A DNA stretch of 64,000 nt from contig JAXLQP010000001.1 of the NCBI GenBank assembly GCA_046331565.1, forward strand, positions 1,433,162 through 1,497,161. Reading direction: 5' to 3'. The position numbers and the translations under genes are program-made. The stretch comes from Blastocatellia bacterium. Lineage in GTDB: Bacteria; Acidobacteriota; Blastocatellia; RBC074. The stretch's first letter is position 1; each line of letters opens with the position of its first letter. The notes beneath the pieces were generated by a model. It searched no databases, was not told the DNA's origin, and worked only from the letters and a program-made list of their open reading frames with translations. Below are positions 19,970-29,865 of this stretch, one piece after another.

Positions 19970-20012
19970 GTTTAGCTGATGCGGCCCTGTGGCCAGAGCC
20001 GGGTTGTTCGAA

Positions 20013-22055
20013 TTAACGGCGTGCAGGAAACCAGGGCATCGGCACATCGCCCAGGCGTTGCAGCCCCCACTGTCTGACAGTCGTCGAACCGTTCGAGCTG
20101 TTGATGATGTACCAGTTGCCTTCAGGCCCGCGCCACACGGCAAAATCAGACCTGCCGTCACCATCAAAATCGCCCTGCACCGGAACGTCACCCAGTCCTT
20201 TCAGCCCCCACTGTTTCACAGTCGTGCTGCCGTTCGAACTGTTGATGACATACCAGTTGCCTTCAGGCCCGCGCCACACGGCCAGATCGGTTTTGCCGTC
20301 GCCGTCATAATCACCCGGCACCGGAATGTCACCACCAGCCTGCCAGCCCCACTGCCTGACGGTCGTGCTGCCATTTGAGCTGTTGATGACGTACCAGTTG
20401 CCTTCCGACGGACGCCAGACCGCGAAATCGGTTTTGCCGTCGCCGTCGTAATCGCCCGGCACCGGAATGTCACCGAGGCTTTGGCCTCCCCACTGTCTGG
20501 TGAGAGTGCCGCCATTCGAGCTGTTGATGACATACCAGTTGCCTTCAGGCCCGCGCCACACCGCGAAGTCGGATTTCCCATCGCCATCAAAATCAGCCAT
20601 GGGCCTGACCCTGGATGGTTTCGGAGCCGGAGCCGGAACCGGATTCGGCACCGGCACAGGTGTCGGCGTCGGTGTTGGCGTTGGCGTTGGCGTTGGTGTC
20701 GGTGTTGGTGTCGGTGTTGGTGTCGGAGTCGGGGTTGGCGTTGGCGTTGGCGGCGGCACATAGGATGAACCTGATGAAGCATACGCGCCGAGGCTGACAC
20801 CTTTATCATTTCGCGCCTGATAATTCAGATCACGAATGTATTCGTCATACGGCACATAAGCGTCGGACAGCCCGGTATAACCACCTGCCAGCAGCGACGA
20901 CCCGCTTTGAATGTGGTAATCCTTCTTGTCTGCATTGACGAATCCGGGCCACTGACCATACGTCGTGTTGGCCAGGCCCGGCGCATTCGTGTTCGTCATC
21001 AGCCAGTTGTTCATGCCGGTAAAGCCTGCGCCTGAACCATCGTTGTTGAGCTTTTCACCGCGATAGTAAATGTTGTTGTAAAGCTCAACCGCCGTCCCGC
21101 TGCCGTTGACCACGAGCGCATTGTCAGGGCTGGAACCGATGATCGTGTTGTTGACCAGCCGGATGCGGCCCTGCCGCCCGTCGTTGCCGAAGACCATAAT
21201 CGTATAGCGATTGCCGCTGCCCGATTTGGTGATGATATTGCCGACGAGCAGGGCATCCTGCGTGCGCCCGTTCGCCACGCCACTCACGCTGAAGTCGAGT
21301 TCATAGCCGCCGTTGTTGGCGTTCTCCAGCCAGTTGTACGCAAACTCTACCGCCGTCCCCGTGCTGTCCGGCAGCGACCGATCCTTGTAATTGATCCCGC
21401 CGTTCGCATCGTGAATGTAGTTGAATCGCACGTAAGTGCCTGCGCCCTGCATGTAGAAGTTGTGCGTGTAGCCGCTGCCCGTCCCGTTGAAGGCCACTTC
21501 GCACTGCTCGATCCGTGTGTTGACGGCTTCATAAGTCGAGAAGAACCCGTTCGGGTTGTGATGAATGTAGCAGTCGCGGATGGTGATGTTTTTGCCGCGA
21601 ATCTGCATCGCGCGGTTGTTGTCATCCGGGCCGGGCTGGACGTTGCGGACTTCGAGATGCCGCACCTCGATGTCGTGGCTGTCGGGGAAAAATGACCACA
21701 GATAACCGTACTGATCCACATTGGTCTTTGCCCCGTCCCAGACAGCACGGGTTGAATCCTCGCACAGAATGATGACCGGATTGCCCGGCTCACCCGAATG
21801 CTGTGCGGTGAACTTGATACGATCAGTGTAAATGCCTGTGGCTCTGATCTTCACGACATCGCCGCCGCGCAGGGTGACGGCGGCGAGCAGTGATGACAGA
21901 TTCTGATAAGTGGTGGCGCTCGGCTGCGCCGTTGCGTCAACCGTGTAAGTTGTTGCCAGAGCAGTTCCGGCGCTCAATATAACAAACATCAAAAGCATCG
22001 GCAGGCTGTGGACAGACCTGCGGATGAGGGGAGTTCGAGAAAAAACCATTTTCAT
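20013..22055 (-). CDS. Secreted right-handed parallel beta-helix protein with (PT)n linker and four C-terminal FG-GAP/Asp-box-like repeats
   Basis: Signal peptide; beta-helix region (NITIRDCYIHHNPNGFF...); ~50-residue PTPTPT linker; 4x DFDGDGKSDFAVWRGPEGNWYVINSSNG repeats. Confidence 0.65.
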   Translation of the reverse strand: MKMVFSRTPLIRRSVHSLPMLLMFVILSAGTALATTYTVDATAQPSATTYQNLSSLLAAVTLRGGDVVKIRATGIYTDRIKFTAQHSGEPGNPVIILCEDSTRAVWDGAKTNVDQYGYLWSFFPDSHDIEVRHLEVRNVQPGPDDNNRAMQIRGKNITIRDCYIHHNPNGFFSTYEAVNTRIEQCEVAFNGTGSGYTHNFYMQGAGTYVRFNYIHDANGGINYKDRSLPDSTGTAVEFAYNWLENANNGGYELDFSVSGVANGRTQDALLVGNIITKSGSGNRYTIMVFGNDGRQGRIRLVNNTIIGSSPDNALVVNGSGTAVELYNNIYYRGEKLNNDGSGAGFTGMNNWLMTNTNAPGLANTTYGQWPGFVNADKKDYHIQSGSSLLAGGYTGLSDAYVPYDEYIRDLNYQARNDKGVSLGAYASSGSSYVPPPTPTPTPTPTPTPTPTPTPTPTPTPTPTPTPVPVPNPVPAPAPKPSRVRPMADFDGDGKSDFAVWRGPEGNWYVINSSNGGTLTRQWGGQSLGDIPVPGDYDGDGKTDFAVWRPSEGNWYVINSSNGSTTVRQWGWQAGGDIPVPGDYDGDGKTDLAVWRGPEGNWYVINSSNGSTTVKQWGLKGLGDVPVQGDFDGDGRSDFAVWRGPEGNWYIINSSNGSTTVRQWGLQRLGDVPMPWFPARR
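20626..20755. repeat. Tandem hexanucleotide repeat (GGYGTY)n encoding the (PT)n linker
   Basis: Roughly 20 consecutive GGCGTT/GGTGTC units inside the beta-helix gene. Confidence 0.85.
21296..21953. repeat. ~655-bp segment near-identical to 23442-24093 (paralogue gene-conversion tract), copy 1
   Basis: The six-frame ORFs 21301-21504, 21347-21793 and 21411-21695 have protein sequences identical to the ORFs at 23447-23650, 23493-23939 and 23557-23841; DNA read by eye is identical apart from ~1 mismatch. Confidence 0.85.
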
Positions 22056-22440
22056 CTCCAGTTAATAACGGGGAGTTAATGGGGCTGAGCTGAAAACAGT
22101 TTCGGCAGACACACCTGTGGATTAAATGATGAGGAAGGAATCAGGCGTATGACGTCTATTGGTCAATACCAGACAAATCTGGCTGGATCATTGATGCGAG
22201 GGCAAAGCGTGGTATCAGAGGGTTCGCGCCAATGGCTGACTTCTGATGTCATTGGTCATCATCAGAAACCGGGGTGATCGTAACACGACCTGACAGGTCT
22301 GAAATTCACGATAATATTAAATCGCGCCAACTGAAAGACAGTACCGTTAGCATCAGCGAGCGGAAATGCGTCAATCACGGCTCACGCTGTTCTCCGCCTG
22401 CTGACGCTCACGGTACTGTCATTGTGCTGTGTTTCAGACA

Positions 22441-24198
22441 TTACTGCCCGGCGGGTCGGTAACCTGTGACTCGCGCTTCCGAGAGATTCCAGTACGACTT
22501 TCCGAACTCATCGTAATCAAGCGCGGTTTTGGTGAATCGCACGAAGCGGAATGCTCGCGTCTCGCTGACCGGCGCTGACCACGTCTGCCTGAACACTGTC
22601 GAACTGCTGCCCCGCGCGGCCAGACGCACGACGCCGGATTTGAATTCAGGATCGTCAGAAGCGTAAACCGCAAAATTTCGCCGCGTTGATGGCTGATCCT
22701 GATCGGTGCGAAAGACGATTTCAACTTTGGTGATGACGGCTGCCGAACCGAGATCAAGCTGCACATATTCAAGCTGCAACAGATTCAGCGCCGAATGCCA
22801 GATCGTCGCCGCATTGCCATCAATGGCGCTCTCTGCCGGGTACCCGCCAAGCAGGCTTGAAGCGGCGATGGTTTTGCCCGCCGACAAATTGACCGGCAGC
22901 GGCGGCCCGCTTTGTGACGAAGCCGCATAAGCGCCCTGGCAGCGTCCGCTGTCCTTGCGCGCCTGGTAATTCAGGTCGCGCAGATATTCCATTTTCGGAA
23001 CATACACATCAGGCAGCGCGGTGTTGCCCGCACTGACCAGGCTGGCAGTGCTGACGATGTGATAATCCTTTTTATCGAGACTGACGAATCCGGGCCACTG
23101 ACCATAAGTCGTGTTGGCCAGGCCCGGCGCATTCGTGTTCGTCATCAGCCAGTTGTTCATCCCCGTCACGCCTGCGCCGGATCCGTCGCCGGTCAGCTTT
23201 TCACCGCGATAGTAAATGTTATTGTAAAGCTCAACTCTTGCGCCATTGCCAGGCAGCACCAGCGCATTGTCAGGACTCGCGCCGATAATTGTGTTGTTGC
23301 TCAGGCGCAGCGTTCCCAGACGACCATCGTTGCCAAAGACCATCACCACTGAACGATTGCCGCTGCCCGATTTGGTGATGATATTGCCGACGAGCAGAGC
23401 ATCCTGTGCGCGTCCCCCGCCAATCGAACTCACGCTGAAATCGAGTTCATAGCCGCCGTTGTTGGCGTTCTCCAGCCAGTTGTACGCAAACTCTACCGCC
23501 GTCCCCGTGCTGTCCGGCAGCGACCGATCCTTGTAATTGATCCCGCCGTTCGCATCGTGAATGTAGTTGAATCGCACGTAAGTGCCTGCGCCCTGCATGT
23601 AGAAGTTGTGCGTGTAGCCGCTGCCCGTCCCGTTGAAGGCCACTTCGCACTGCTCGATCCGTGTGTTGACGGCTTCATAAGTCGAGAAGAACCCGTTCGG
23701 GTTGTGATGAATGTAGCAGTCGCGGATGGTGATGTTTTTGCCGCGAATCTGCATCGCGCGGTTGTTGTCATCCGGGCCGGGCTGGACGTTGCGGACTTCG
23801 AGATGCCGCACCTCGATGTCGTGGCTGTCGGGGAAAAATGACCACAGATAACCGTACTGATCCACATTGGTCTTTGCCCCGTCCCAGACAGCACGGGTTG
23901 AATCCTCGCACAGAATGATGACCGGATTGCCCGGCTCACCCGAATGCTGTGCGGTGAACTTGATACGATCAGTGTAAATGCCTGTGGCTCTGATCTTCAC
24001 GACATCGCCGCCGCGCAGGGTGACGGCGGCGAGCAGTGATGACAGGTTCTGATAAGTGGTGGCGCTCGGCTGCGCCGTTGCGTCAACCGTGTAAGTGGTC
24101 GCAGTGACGGACACTGTTCCCAGGCTCAGAGCTGTACAAAAGGTGAGTAATGAGACGATGCGCCGCAGTGCGACACAGAATGGTTTGCCGGTAAACAT
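22441..24198 (-). CDS. Secreted right-handed parallel beta-helix protein with C-terminal F5/8 type C (discoidin)-like domain
   Basis: First ~230 N-terminal residues identical to the 20013-22055 paralogue; divergent beta-helix remainder; C-terminal jelly-roll-like domain (…AIDGNAATIWHS…); start probably MFTGKPF (signal peptide). Confidence 0.65.
   Translation of the reverse strand: MFTGKPFCVALRRIVSLLTFCTALSLGTVSVTATTYTVDATAQPSATTYQNLSSLLAAVTLRGGDVVKIRATGIYTDRIKFTAQHSGEPGNPVIILCEDSTRAVWDGAKTNVDQYGYLWSFFPDSHDIEVRHLEVRNVQPGPDDNNRAMQIRGKNITIRDCYIHHNPNGFFSTYEAVNTRIEQCEVAFNGTGSGYTHNFYMQGAGTYVRFNYIHDANGGINYKDRSLPDSTGTAVEFAYNWLENANNGGYELDFSVSSIGGGRAQDALLVGNIITKSGSGNRSVVMVFGNDGRLGTLRLSNNTIIGASPDNALVLPGNGARVELYNNIYYRGEKLTGDGSGAGVTGMNNWLMTNTNAPGLANTTYGQWPGFVSLDKKDYHIVSTASLVSAGNTALPDVYVPKMEYLRDLNYQARKDSGRCQGAYAASSQSGPPLPVNLSAGKTIAASSLLGGYPAESAIDGNAATIWHSALNLLQLEYVQLDLGSAAVITKVEIVFRTDQDQPSTRRNFAVYASDDPEFKSGVVRLAARGSSSTVFRQTWSAPVSETRAFRFVRFTKTALDYDEFGKSYWNLSEARVTGYRPAGQ
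23442..24093. repeat. ~655-bp segment near-identical to 21296-21953, copy 2
   Basis: See copy 1. Confidence 0.85.
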
Positions 24199-24709
24199 TC
24201 TTCTGGACTCCTGTTTGTCAATTCGAGGAAGGTTGAGGGGCAACAGGAAATGCGTTGCGGACACACCTGTGAAAGCGTGATGAGGAAGATGAGATCAGGT
24301 GTGTTACTGGGGCGACAGCCTGACACAAGCCGGGAACCATTCGCAGGGGCAGCACTGGACAGAAGAGGATTACGAAGGAGGCATGTTCCGGTTTTTCAAT
24401 TGCGCGATGAGGGTGTAAGCCTGTCGTGTTGGTTTCACGCGCAAAATGAGAAATGTTCCGATTTAATTTCTCATCAATCAGCACTGATCCGGCACCGGCG
24501 AATTAAAACTGATCTGCCGCAGCCGGGGCAATTCTGGTCTGTTCGTTCTCTTTTCGGCCTGGCGTGGCGGCGCTTGCTGCGTTCAGCGATGAATAGTAGG
24601 ATGACGCCGCCTGTGCTGCTGAATCCGCAGACTGGTTCATCAACTCATCGCGGCAGTCATCACCGTTTCAGTAGTCCTGTTCAATCAGACAATTCCGAAA
24701 GGAGAAAGT

Positions 24710-26188
24710 ATGCTCCGTCTTTCGCCTCTTTCCGGCCATCTTCTGTTGCGTGCAGCGTGCGCGGTGCTGCTTCTGTTCAGCCCGATGCCGCAGGGTCAGG
24801 CACAGCGCGCCGGATTCGATCTGGTGCTGGCAGGTGGCCGCGTCATTGATCCTGAATCCGGCCTCGATGCGGTGCGTTATGTCGGCATTCGCGGCAAAAC
24901 CATCGCGGCGATTTCGAGCACACCGCTGCGCGGCGCGACCGTGATTGACGCCACCGGACTGGTGATTGCGCCCGGTTTTATTGATCTGCATTCGCACGGG
25001 CAGACTGATGAAAACTATCGCTACAAGGCGATGGACGGTGTAACCACAGCTCTGGAAATGGAAGTCGGCGTCTCGCCCGTCGCTGCGTGGTACGCCGCCC
25101 GCGATGGCAGATCGCTGATCAACTTCGGCGCCACGGTCGGCCACATTCCGGCCCGCATGACTGTGATGCACGACACGGGAACTTTTCTGCCGCGTGATAA
25201 TGCCGTCACCAAACGCGCCACCGCCGATGAAGTCAGGCAGATCACCGAACTGATTCAGCGCGGGCTTGATGAAGGCGCGCTCGGCATCGGCTTCGGCATC
25301 AACTATGTGCCGCAGACCACGCGCCCTGAAATCCTCGACCTGTTTCGCCTGGCTGCCGCACGCGGAGTGGCGAATTACATTCACCTGCGCCACGCCGGAG
25401 CCGTCGAACCCGGCAGCGCGATTGAAGCGTTGCAGGAAGTTATTGCCGATTCCGCCGCGACCGGCGCTGCGCTGCACGTCGTTCATCTGACCAGCACCTG
25501 CCTGCGGCAGACCGCCACCTGCCTGCAGATGATCGAAGGCTCACGCAAACGCGGGCTGGATGTCACGACTGAGGCTTATCCTTATACGGCCACGCAGACC
25601 AACATTGATTCGGCCATCTATGACGAAGGCTGGCAGGAACGACTCGGCATGACTTACAAAGACCTGCAATGGGTGGCGACGGGTGAAAGGCTGACGGCTG
25701 AAAGCTTCGCGCGTTACCGCAAACAGGGCGGTTCAGTGATCGGGCATTCGATTCCTGAAGAGATTTCGCGCCTCGCCGTCGCCAGTCCGATTGTGATGGT
25801 CGCCAGCGACGGCCTCATCAATGAAGGCAAGGGCCACCCGCGCGGCGCAGGCACTTATGCCCGCGTGCTTGGTTATTACGTGCGCGAACAGAAAGCCACG
25901 ACGCTGATGCAGGCCATTCGCAAAATGACGCTGATGCCCGCGCAGCGGCTGGAAACTGCCGTGCCGATGATGCACCGGAAGGGACGCATCAAAGTTGGCG
26001 CTGACGCTGATCTGACGATCTTCAATCCGAACCGCGTCACCGACCGCGCCACTTTTGAAAATCCCGCGCAGTATTCCGAAGGCATCACTCACGTCATCGT
26101 CAACGGCGTGCCGGTCGTGCGTGATGGCCGCCTGGTTGAGCAGGTCAGACCCGGCGTGGCCATTCGTCGCCCGGTCACCCAGCAGTAA
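24710..26188 (+). CDS. D-aminoacylase / N-acyl-D-amino-acid deacylase family amidohydrolase (secreted)
   Basis: Signal peptide; metal-binding DLHSHG motif; ~490 aa amidohydrolase architecture. Confidence 0.7.
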   Translation: MLRLSPLSGHLLLRAACAVLLLFSPMPQGQAQRAGFDLVLAGGRVIDPESGLDAVRYVGIRGKTIAAISSTPLRGATVIDATGLVIAPGFIDLHSHGQTDENYRYKAMDGVTTALEMEVGVSPVAAWYAARDGRSLINFGATVGHIPARMTVMHDTGTFLPRDNAVTKRATADEVRQITELIQRGLDEGALGIGFGINYVPQTTRPEILDLFRLAAARGVANYIHLRHAGAVEPGSAIEALQEVIADSAATGAALHVVHLTSTCLRQTATCLQMIEGSRKRGLDVTTEAYPYTATQTNIDSAIYDEGWQERLGMTYKDLQWVATGERLTAESFARYRKQGGSVIGHSIPEEISRLAVASPIVMVASDGLINEGKGHPRGAGTYARVLGYYVREQKATTLMQAIRKMTLMPAQRLETAVPMMHRKGRIKVGADADLTIFNPNRVTDRATFENPAQYSEGITHVIVNGVPVVRDGRLVEQVRPGVAIRRPVTQQ

Positions 26189-26290
26189 CACACATCTTTG
26201 ATGCAGTACCGGGTCGGCTTCAATCAAAACGGGCCGCTCATCAGCATCGGGGCGCTGTCGTCCCGAAGTCGAAGATGCCTGAAAGAAACT

Positions 26291-26385
26291 CGAAACACCC
26301 TCGTAGTAACGAATTCATTCGTTCATTTGAAAATCCGTGATTTCTGAAACAAAACGAATGAATTCGTTACTACAAGGGTGCGACC
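26291..26385. repeat. Palindromic repeat, family A, copy 2
   Basis: CACCCTCGTAGTAACGAATTCATTCGTT ... AACGAATGAATTCGTTACTACAAGGGTG (1 mismatch). Confidence 0.8.
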
Positions 26386-26418
26386 TGGTTACTCTCACAC
26401 AACGAAAGTCCGGCAGAG

Positions 26419-26880
26419 ATGGAAGATCAGCTTCTCGAAACCTGGCAGATTCACAATCGCATCAACCTGTATCTGCTTGCGGCCATCGAAGCGTCATCGC
26501 TCAATAATGTTTCAGCTTCAAAGGGTCGCACGGTCGGTGAACAGTTTGCACATCTGCACAATGTCCGGCTGATGTGGCTCAAAGCCGCCGCGCCGGAACT
26601 GCTCGCCGGACTTGAAAAGATTGAAAAGGATGCGGCCAGTGATCAGCCGTTGCTGCATTCATCGCTTGAAGCTTCAGGCGCAGCCATTGGCAGACTGTTG
26701 CAACAGAGTTTTGCGGCGGGCCGCGTCAAAGGCTTCAAACCGCATCCGGCAGCGTTTCTCGGCTATCTGATTTCGCACGAATCGCACCATCGCGGCCAGA
26801 TCGCGCTCGCGCTCAAACAGTCCGGCCACCCGCTCGACAAAAAGACCAGCTTTGGTCTGTGGGAGTGGGGCGTCCGGTAA
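26419..26880 (+). CDS. DinB-family (DinB_2-like) protein
   Basis: Four-helix-bundle His motifs FAHLHNVR and HESHHRGQ. Confidence 0.65.
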   Translation: MEDQLLETWQIHNRINLYLLAAIEASSLNNVSASKGRTVGEQFAHLHNVRLMWLKAAAPELLAGLEKIEKDAASDQPLLHSSLEASGAAIGRLLQQSFAAGRVKGFKPHPAAFLGYLISHESHHRGQIALALKQSGHPLDKKTSFGLWEWGVR

Positions 26881-26918
26881 CGATCATCAATTCGCATCAT
26901 TCAATTCTCAAAACCAAC

Positions 26919-27689
26919 ATGGAACCACTTAATCTGAAACGGGAACTGCTGGCTGAATTTCTGGGGACACTGGTGCTGATCACCTTCGGCACTGCCGTTG
27001 TCGCGCAGGTGCTGCTCAGCAAGGAAAAGAACGGGCAGTATCTGTCAATCAATCTGGCGTGGGGCCTGGGCGTGACGATGGCCGTTTACGTCGCGGGCGG
27101 TGTGACGGGCGCGCATCTCAATCCGGCAGTGACGCTGGCGATGGCGATGCGCCGCGCGCTGAGCTGGCGCAAGGTGCTGCCTTACTGGATCGCACAAACC
27201 GTCGGTGCCTTTGCCGGAGCCGCGATTACTTTCATTCTGTATCGTGACGCATTCAATGACTTCGATGGCGGCACGCGACAGATGGCAACGGCGGGAATTT
27301 TTGCGACTTATCCGCAACCTTACCTGTCAACAATCGGCGGGCTGCTCGATCAGATTATCGGCACGGCGTTTCTGCTGCTGGTCATCTGCGCGATTGGCGA
27401 TGCGCGCAATCTCGCGCCGTCAGCGAATGTCGGCCCGCTGATTGTGGGTTTGCTGGTGGTGCTGCTGGGAATGACGATGGGCTTCAACTGCGGTTATGCG
27501 ATCAACCCGGCGCGTGATCTGGGGCCGCGCCTGTTCACGCTGGTGGCAGGCTGGGGCGGCCAGGTTTTCAGCACAGGCAATAACGGCATTCCCTGGTTCT
27601 GGGTGCCCATCGTCGGCCCGCTGATTGGCGGAGTGCTGGGCGCGCGGGTTTATGACCTGATGATCGGGCAATATCTGCCGAAGGAATAA
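26919..27689 (+). CDS. Aquaporin / MIP family channel (GlpF-like)
   Basis: Two NPA boxes (HLNPAVTLAMA; INPARDLGPR); six TM segments. Confidence 0.9.
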   Translation: MEPLNLKRELLAEFLGTLVLITFGTAVVAQVLLSKEKNGQYLSINLAWGLGVTMAVYVAGGVTGAHLNPAVTLAMAMRRALSWRKVLPYWIAQTVGAFAGAAITFILYRDAFNDFDGGTRQMATAGIFATYPQPYLSTIGGLLDQIIGTAFLLLVICAIGDARNLAPSANVGPLIVGLLVVLLGMTMGFNCGYAINPARDLGPRLFTLVAGWGGQVFSTGNNGIPWFWVPIVGPLIGGVLGARVYDLMIGQYLPKE

Positions 27690-27694
27690 CCGGT

Positions 27695-29461
27695 TCAATG
27701 CGCCCGCACCACTCGCGCCCGCTTTGCGGCTGGCGAATGATGACGACGCTCCTTCAGCCATTGACTGAATTTTGCCCAGGGCCACGTATTGACAACTGAA
27801 TCAGCCGTGATCCAGCCGCGCCGGGCCTGAAAGACTCCGTAACGCACGTTCGCCAGTTGCGCTGTGTTGTGCGCGTCTGAATCAATGGCCAGCCGCACAC
27901 CGGCTTCCTGCGCCGTGCGCGCCATCTGATCGCTCAAATCCAGACGGCTCGGTGAACCGTTGATTTCAAGCGCCACACCGGCTTCAGCCGCCGCCTGCAC
28001 GATCTTCTCAAAATCGAAATCAACCGGATCGCGGCTGCCAATCAGTCGTGTCGTCGGATGACCGATGATGTGAACGTAAGGATTGGCAATCGCATCCAGC
28101 AGCCGCCCGGTCATCCGGTCACGACTCTGCCTGAACGCGCTGTGCAGCGAAGCCACCACGACATCCAGCCGCGCCAGCACTTCATCGGGATAATCAAGCC
28201 GCCCGTCCGACAGAATATCAACTTCAGCGCCCAGCAGCAGGCGCGGTTTGCGGCGGCCACGCTGCGCGCGAATTTCATCAAGCTCGGCCATCTTTTCTTC
28301 AAGCCTGCTCACATCAAGCCCGTTCGCAATTCGCGCTGATGTGGTGTGGTCGGTGATGGCGATGTATTCATAACCAGGCTGCGCTGCCGCATCAGCCATT
28401 TCCGCGATTGACGCCGCGCCGTCAGACCACGTCGTATGCATGTGCAGATCGCCGCGCAGGTCATCCAGCGTGATCAGCTTCGGCAGATGATCCTTCATTG
28501 CGGCTTCGATCTCGCCCCAGTCCTCGCGCAATTCAGGCGGCATCACCTTCAAACCAAGCGCGCGATAAAGTTCTTCTTCATTCCGTCCTGCCAGTCGCCT
28601 GTCGCCGCGAAACAACCCGTATTCATTGAGCTTCAGCCCGCGCGCCTGTGCCAGCGTGCGCAGGTGAACGCTGTGCGCTTTCGAGCCGGTGAAATACTGC
28701 AACGCCGCGCCATAAGACTCATCAGGCACGGCGCGCAGATCAACCTGCAGCCCGCCATCAATCAGCACCGTCGCCCGCGTCTCGCCCCGCGCCAGCACCT
28801 GTTTGATTGACGGCAGCCTGACAAATTTGCGGATGACCTCTGCGCTGTCGTTTGAAACAATGACCAGATCGAGATCGCCAATGGTTTCGCGGCGGCGTCG
28901 CACCGAACCGGCAATGTCAGCGCGCGTGACGCCGGGCAGTTTGCGCACTTCGGCCAGCAGCTTTTCAGCCATTGGCAGCGCCACGCCAAGCAGCAAACGC
29001 TGCTGTCCGGCCTGCCATAATTCGATGCCGCGTTGCAGGTTGCTGATCTTTTTCTCACCAAATCCGCTCAGCTTTCTGAGCGCGCCGCTTTCGATCAGTC
29101 GCTTCAGATCGTCAATGTTTTTGATGTGGAACTTTCGATAAATCTGCGCCAGCGTTTTCGGCCCCAGACCAGGAATGTCGAGCAGATCAAGGACACCGGC
29201 AGGGACGCTGGCAATTTCGCGTTCAGCGCGGCGAATGTGGCCGGTGGCAATGTATTCCTCAATCATTTCGGACAGGTCGTGACCGACGCCGGGAATTTCA
29301 CCAAGCCTGCCTGAACGCGCCAGTTCGCTGACATCCTGTTCCAGGCTGCGCAATGAAACAGCCGCGCGATCATAGGCCAGCGCGCGAAAGCGATCTTTCT
29401 CCTGAAAGGTCAGCACCTGCGCCATGCGCTCAAAAATTGCGGCAATCTCATCATTGACCAT
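27695..29461 (-). CDS. polX: DNA polymerase X family protein with C-terminal PHP domain (PolX)
   Basis: Helix-hairpin-helix GIG motifs, Pol beta-like palm, PHP motifs (LHMHTTWSDG…, …DHT…, DSDAH). Confidence 0.85.
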   Translation of the reverse strand: MVNDEIAAIFERMAQVLTFQEKDRFRALAYDRAAVSLRSLEQDVSELARSGRLGEIPGVGHDLSEMIEEYIATGHIRRAEREIASVPAGVLDLLDIPGLGPKTLAQIYRKFHIKNIDDLKRLIESGALRKLSGFGEKKISNLQRGIELWQAGQQRLLLGVALPMAEKLLAEVRKLPGVTRADIAGSVRRRRETIGDLDLVIVSNDSAEVIRKFVRLPSIKQVLARGETRATVLIDGGLQVDLRAVPDESYGAALQYFTGSKAHSVHLRTLAQARGLKLNEYGLFRGDRRLAGRNEEELYRALGLKVMPPELREDWGEIEAAMKDHLPKLITLDDLRGDLHMHTTWSDGAASIAEMADAAAQPGYEYIAITDHTTSARIANGLDVSRLEEKMAELDEIRAQRGRRKPRLLLGAEVDILSDGRLDYPDEVLARLDVVVASLHSAFRQSRDRMTGRLLDAIANPYVHIIGHPTTRLIGSRDPVDFDFEKIVQAAAEAGVALEINGSPSRLDLSDQMARTAQEAGVRLAIDSDAHNTAQLANVRYGVFQARRGWITADSVVNTWPWAKFSQWLKERRHHSPAAKRARVVRAH

Positions 29462-29493
29462 GTCGGCGATACTCCGTATTCAAAAAGAATTTC

Positions 29494-29692
29494 ACCACGA
29501 AGGGCACGAAGAGCACGAAGGGGAAGAAAGAAAAGGAGAAGAGGGGAAGAGGAGAAAAGGGGAAAAGGAGAAAAGGAGAAAAGGGGAAAAGGGGAAGAAG
29601 CAACAAAGATTATCTGAGCCGCTAACAAAGATTATCTGAGCCGCTGCTGTTGCCTGTCTCCTTTTCTCCTCTTCTTTCTTCCTGTCGTGTTC
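29494..29692. repeat. Family D purine-rich hairpin element, copy 2, with expanded (GGAGAAAAGG)n purine tract and an internal 21-bp tandem direct repeat
   Basis: CACGAAGGGCACGAAGAGCACGAAGGGGAAGAAAG… purine arm pairs with …CCTGTCTCCTTTTCTCCTCTTCTTTCTTCCTGTCGTGTTC; loop carries ACAAAGATTATCTGAGCCGCT x2 (29603-29645). Confidence 0.65.
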
Positions 29693-29865
29693 AACTGCGG
29701 GCAAATCGCACAACACTGGCTGTGCAAGCACCGTTCCATCAGTTTCCGTTCACTGAATGGCGCAGTGATTGCTGTTATAACCAGTCACTCTGGCCGGGTG
29801 TATGAACCGGCATCCGGTCGGAGTCAGGCAGTCTTTGTAACGTACACTGCGGCTGAACAGGGAGT

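Noticed and set aside
20216-20809. ORFs encoding poly-Arg/His/Gln or GVGVGV peptides (20216-20809, 20467-20768, 20481-20768)
   Set aside because: These are alternative-frame readings of the (GGYGTY)n repeat that encodes the PT linker of the beta-helix protein.
29410-29731. Small ORFs rich in Lys/Glu/Gly or Phe/Ser/Pro (29410-29628, 29424-29639, 29492-29731, 11071-11265, 10969-11205)
   Set aside because: These are translation artefacts of the purine/pyrimidine-rich family D hairpin repeats; they have no RBS or codon periodicity.
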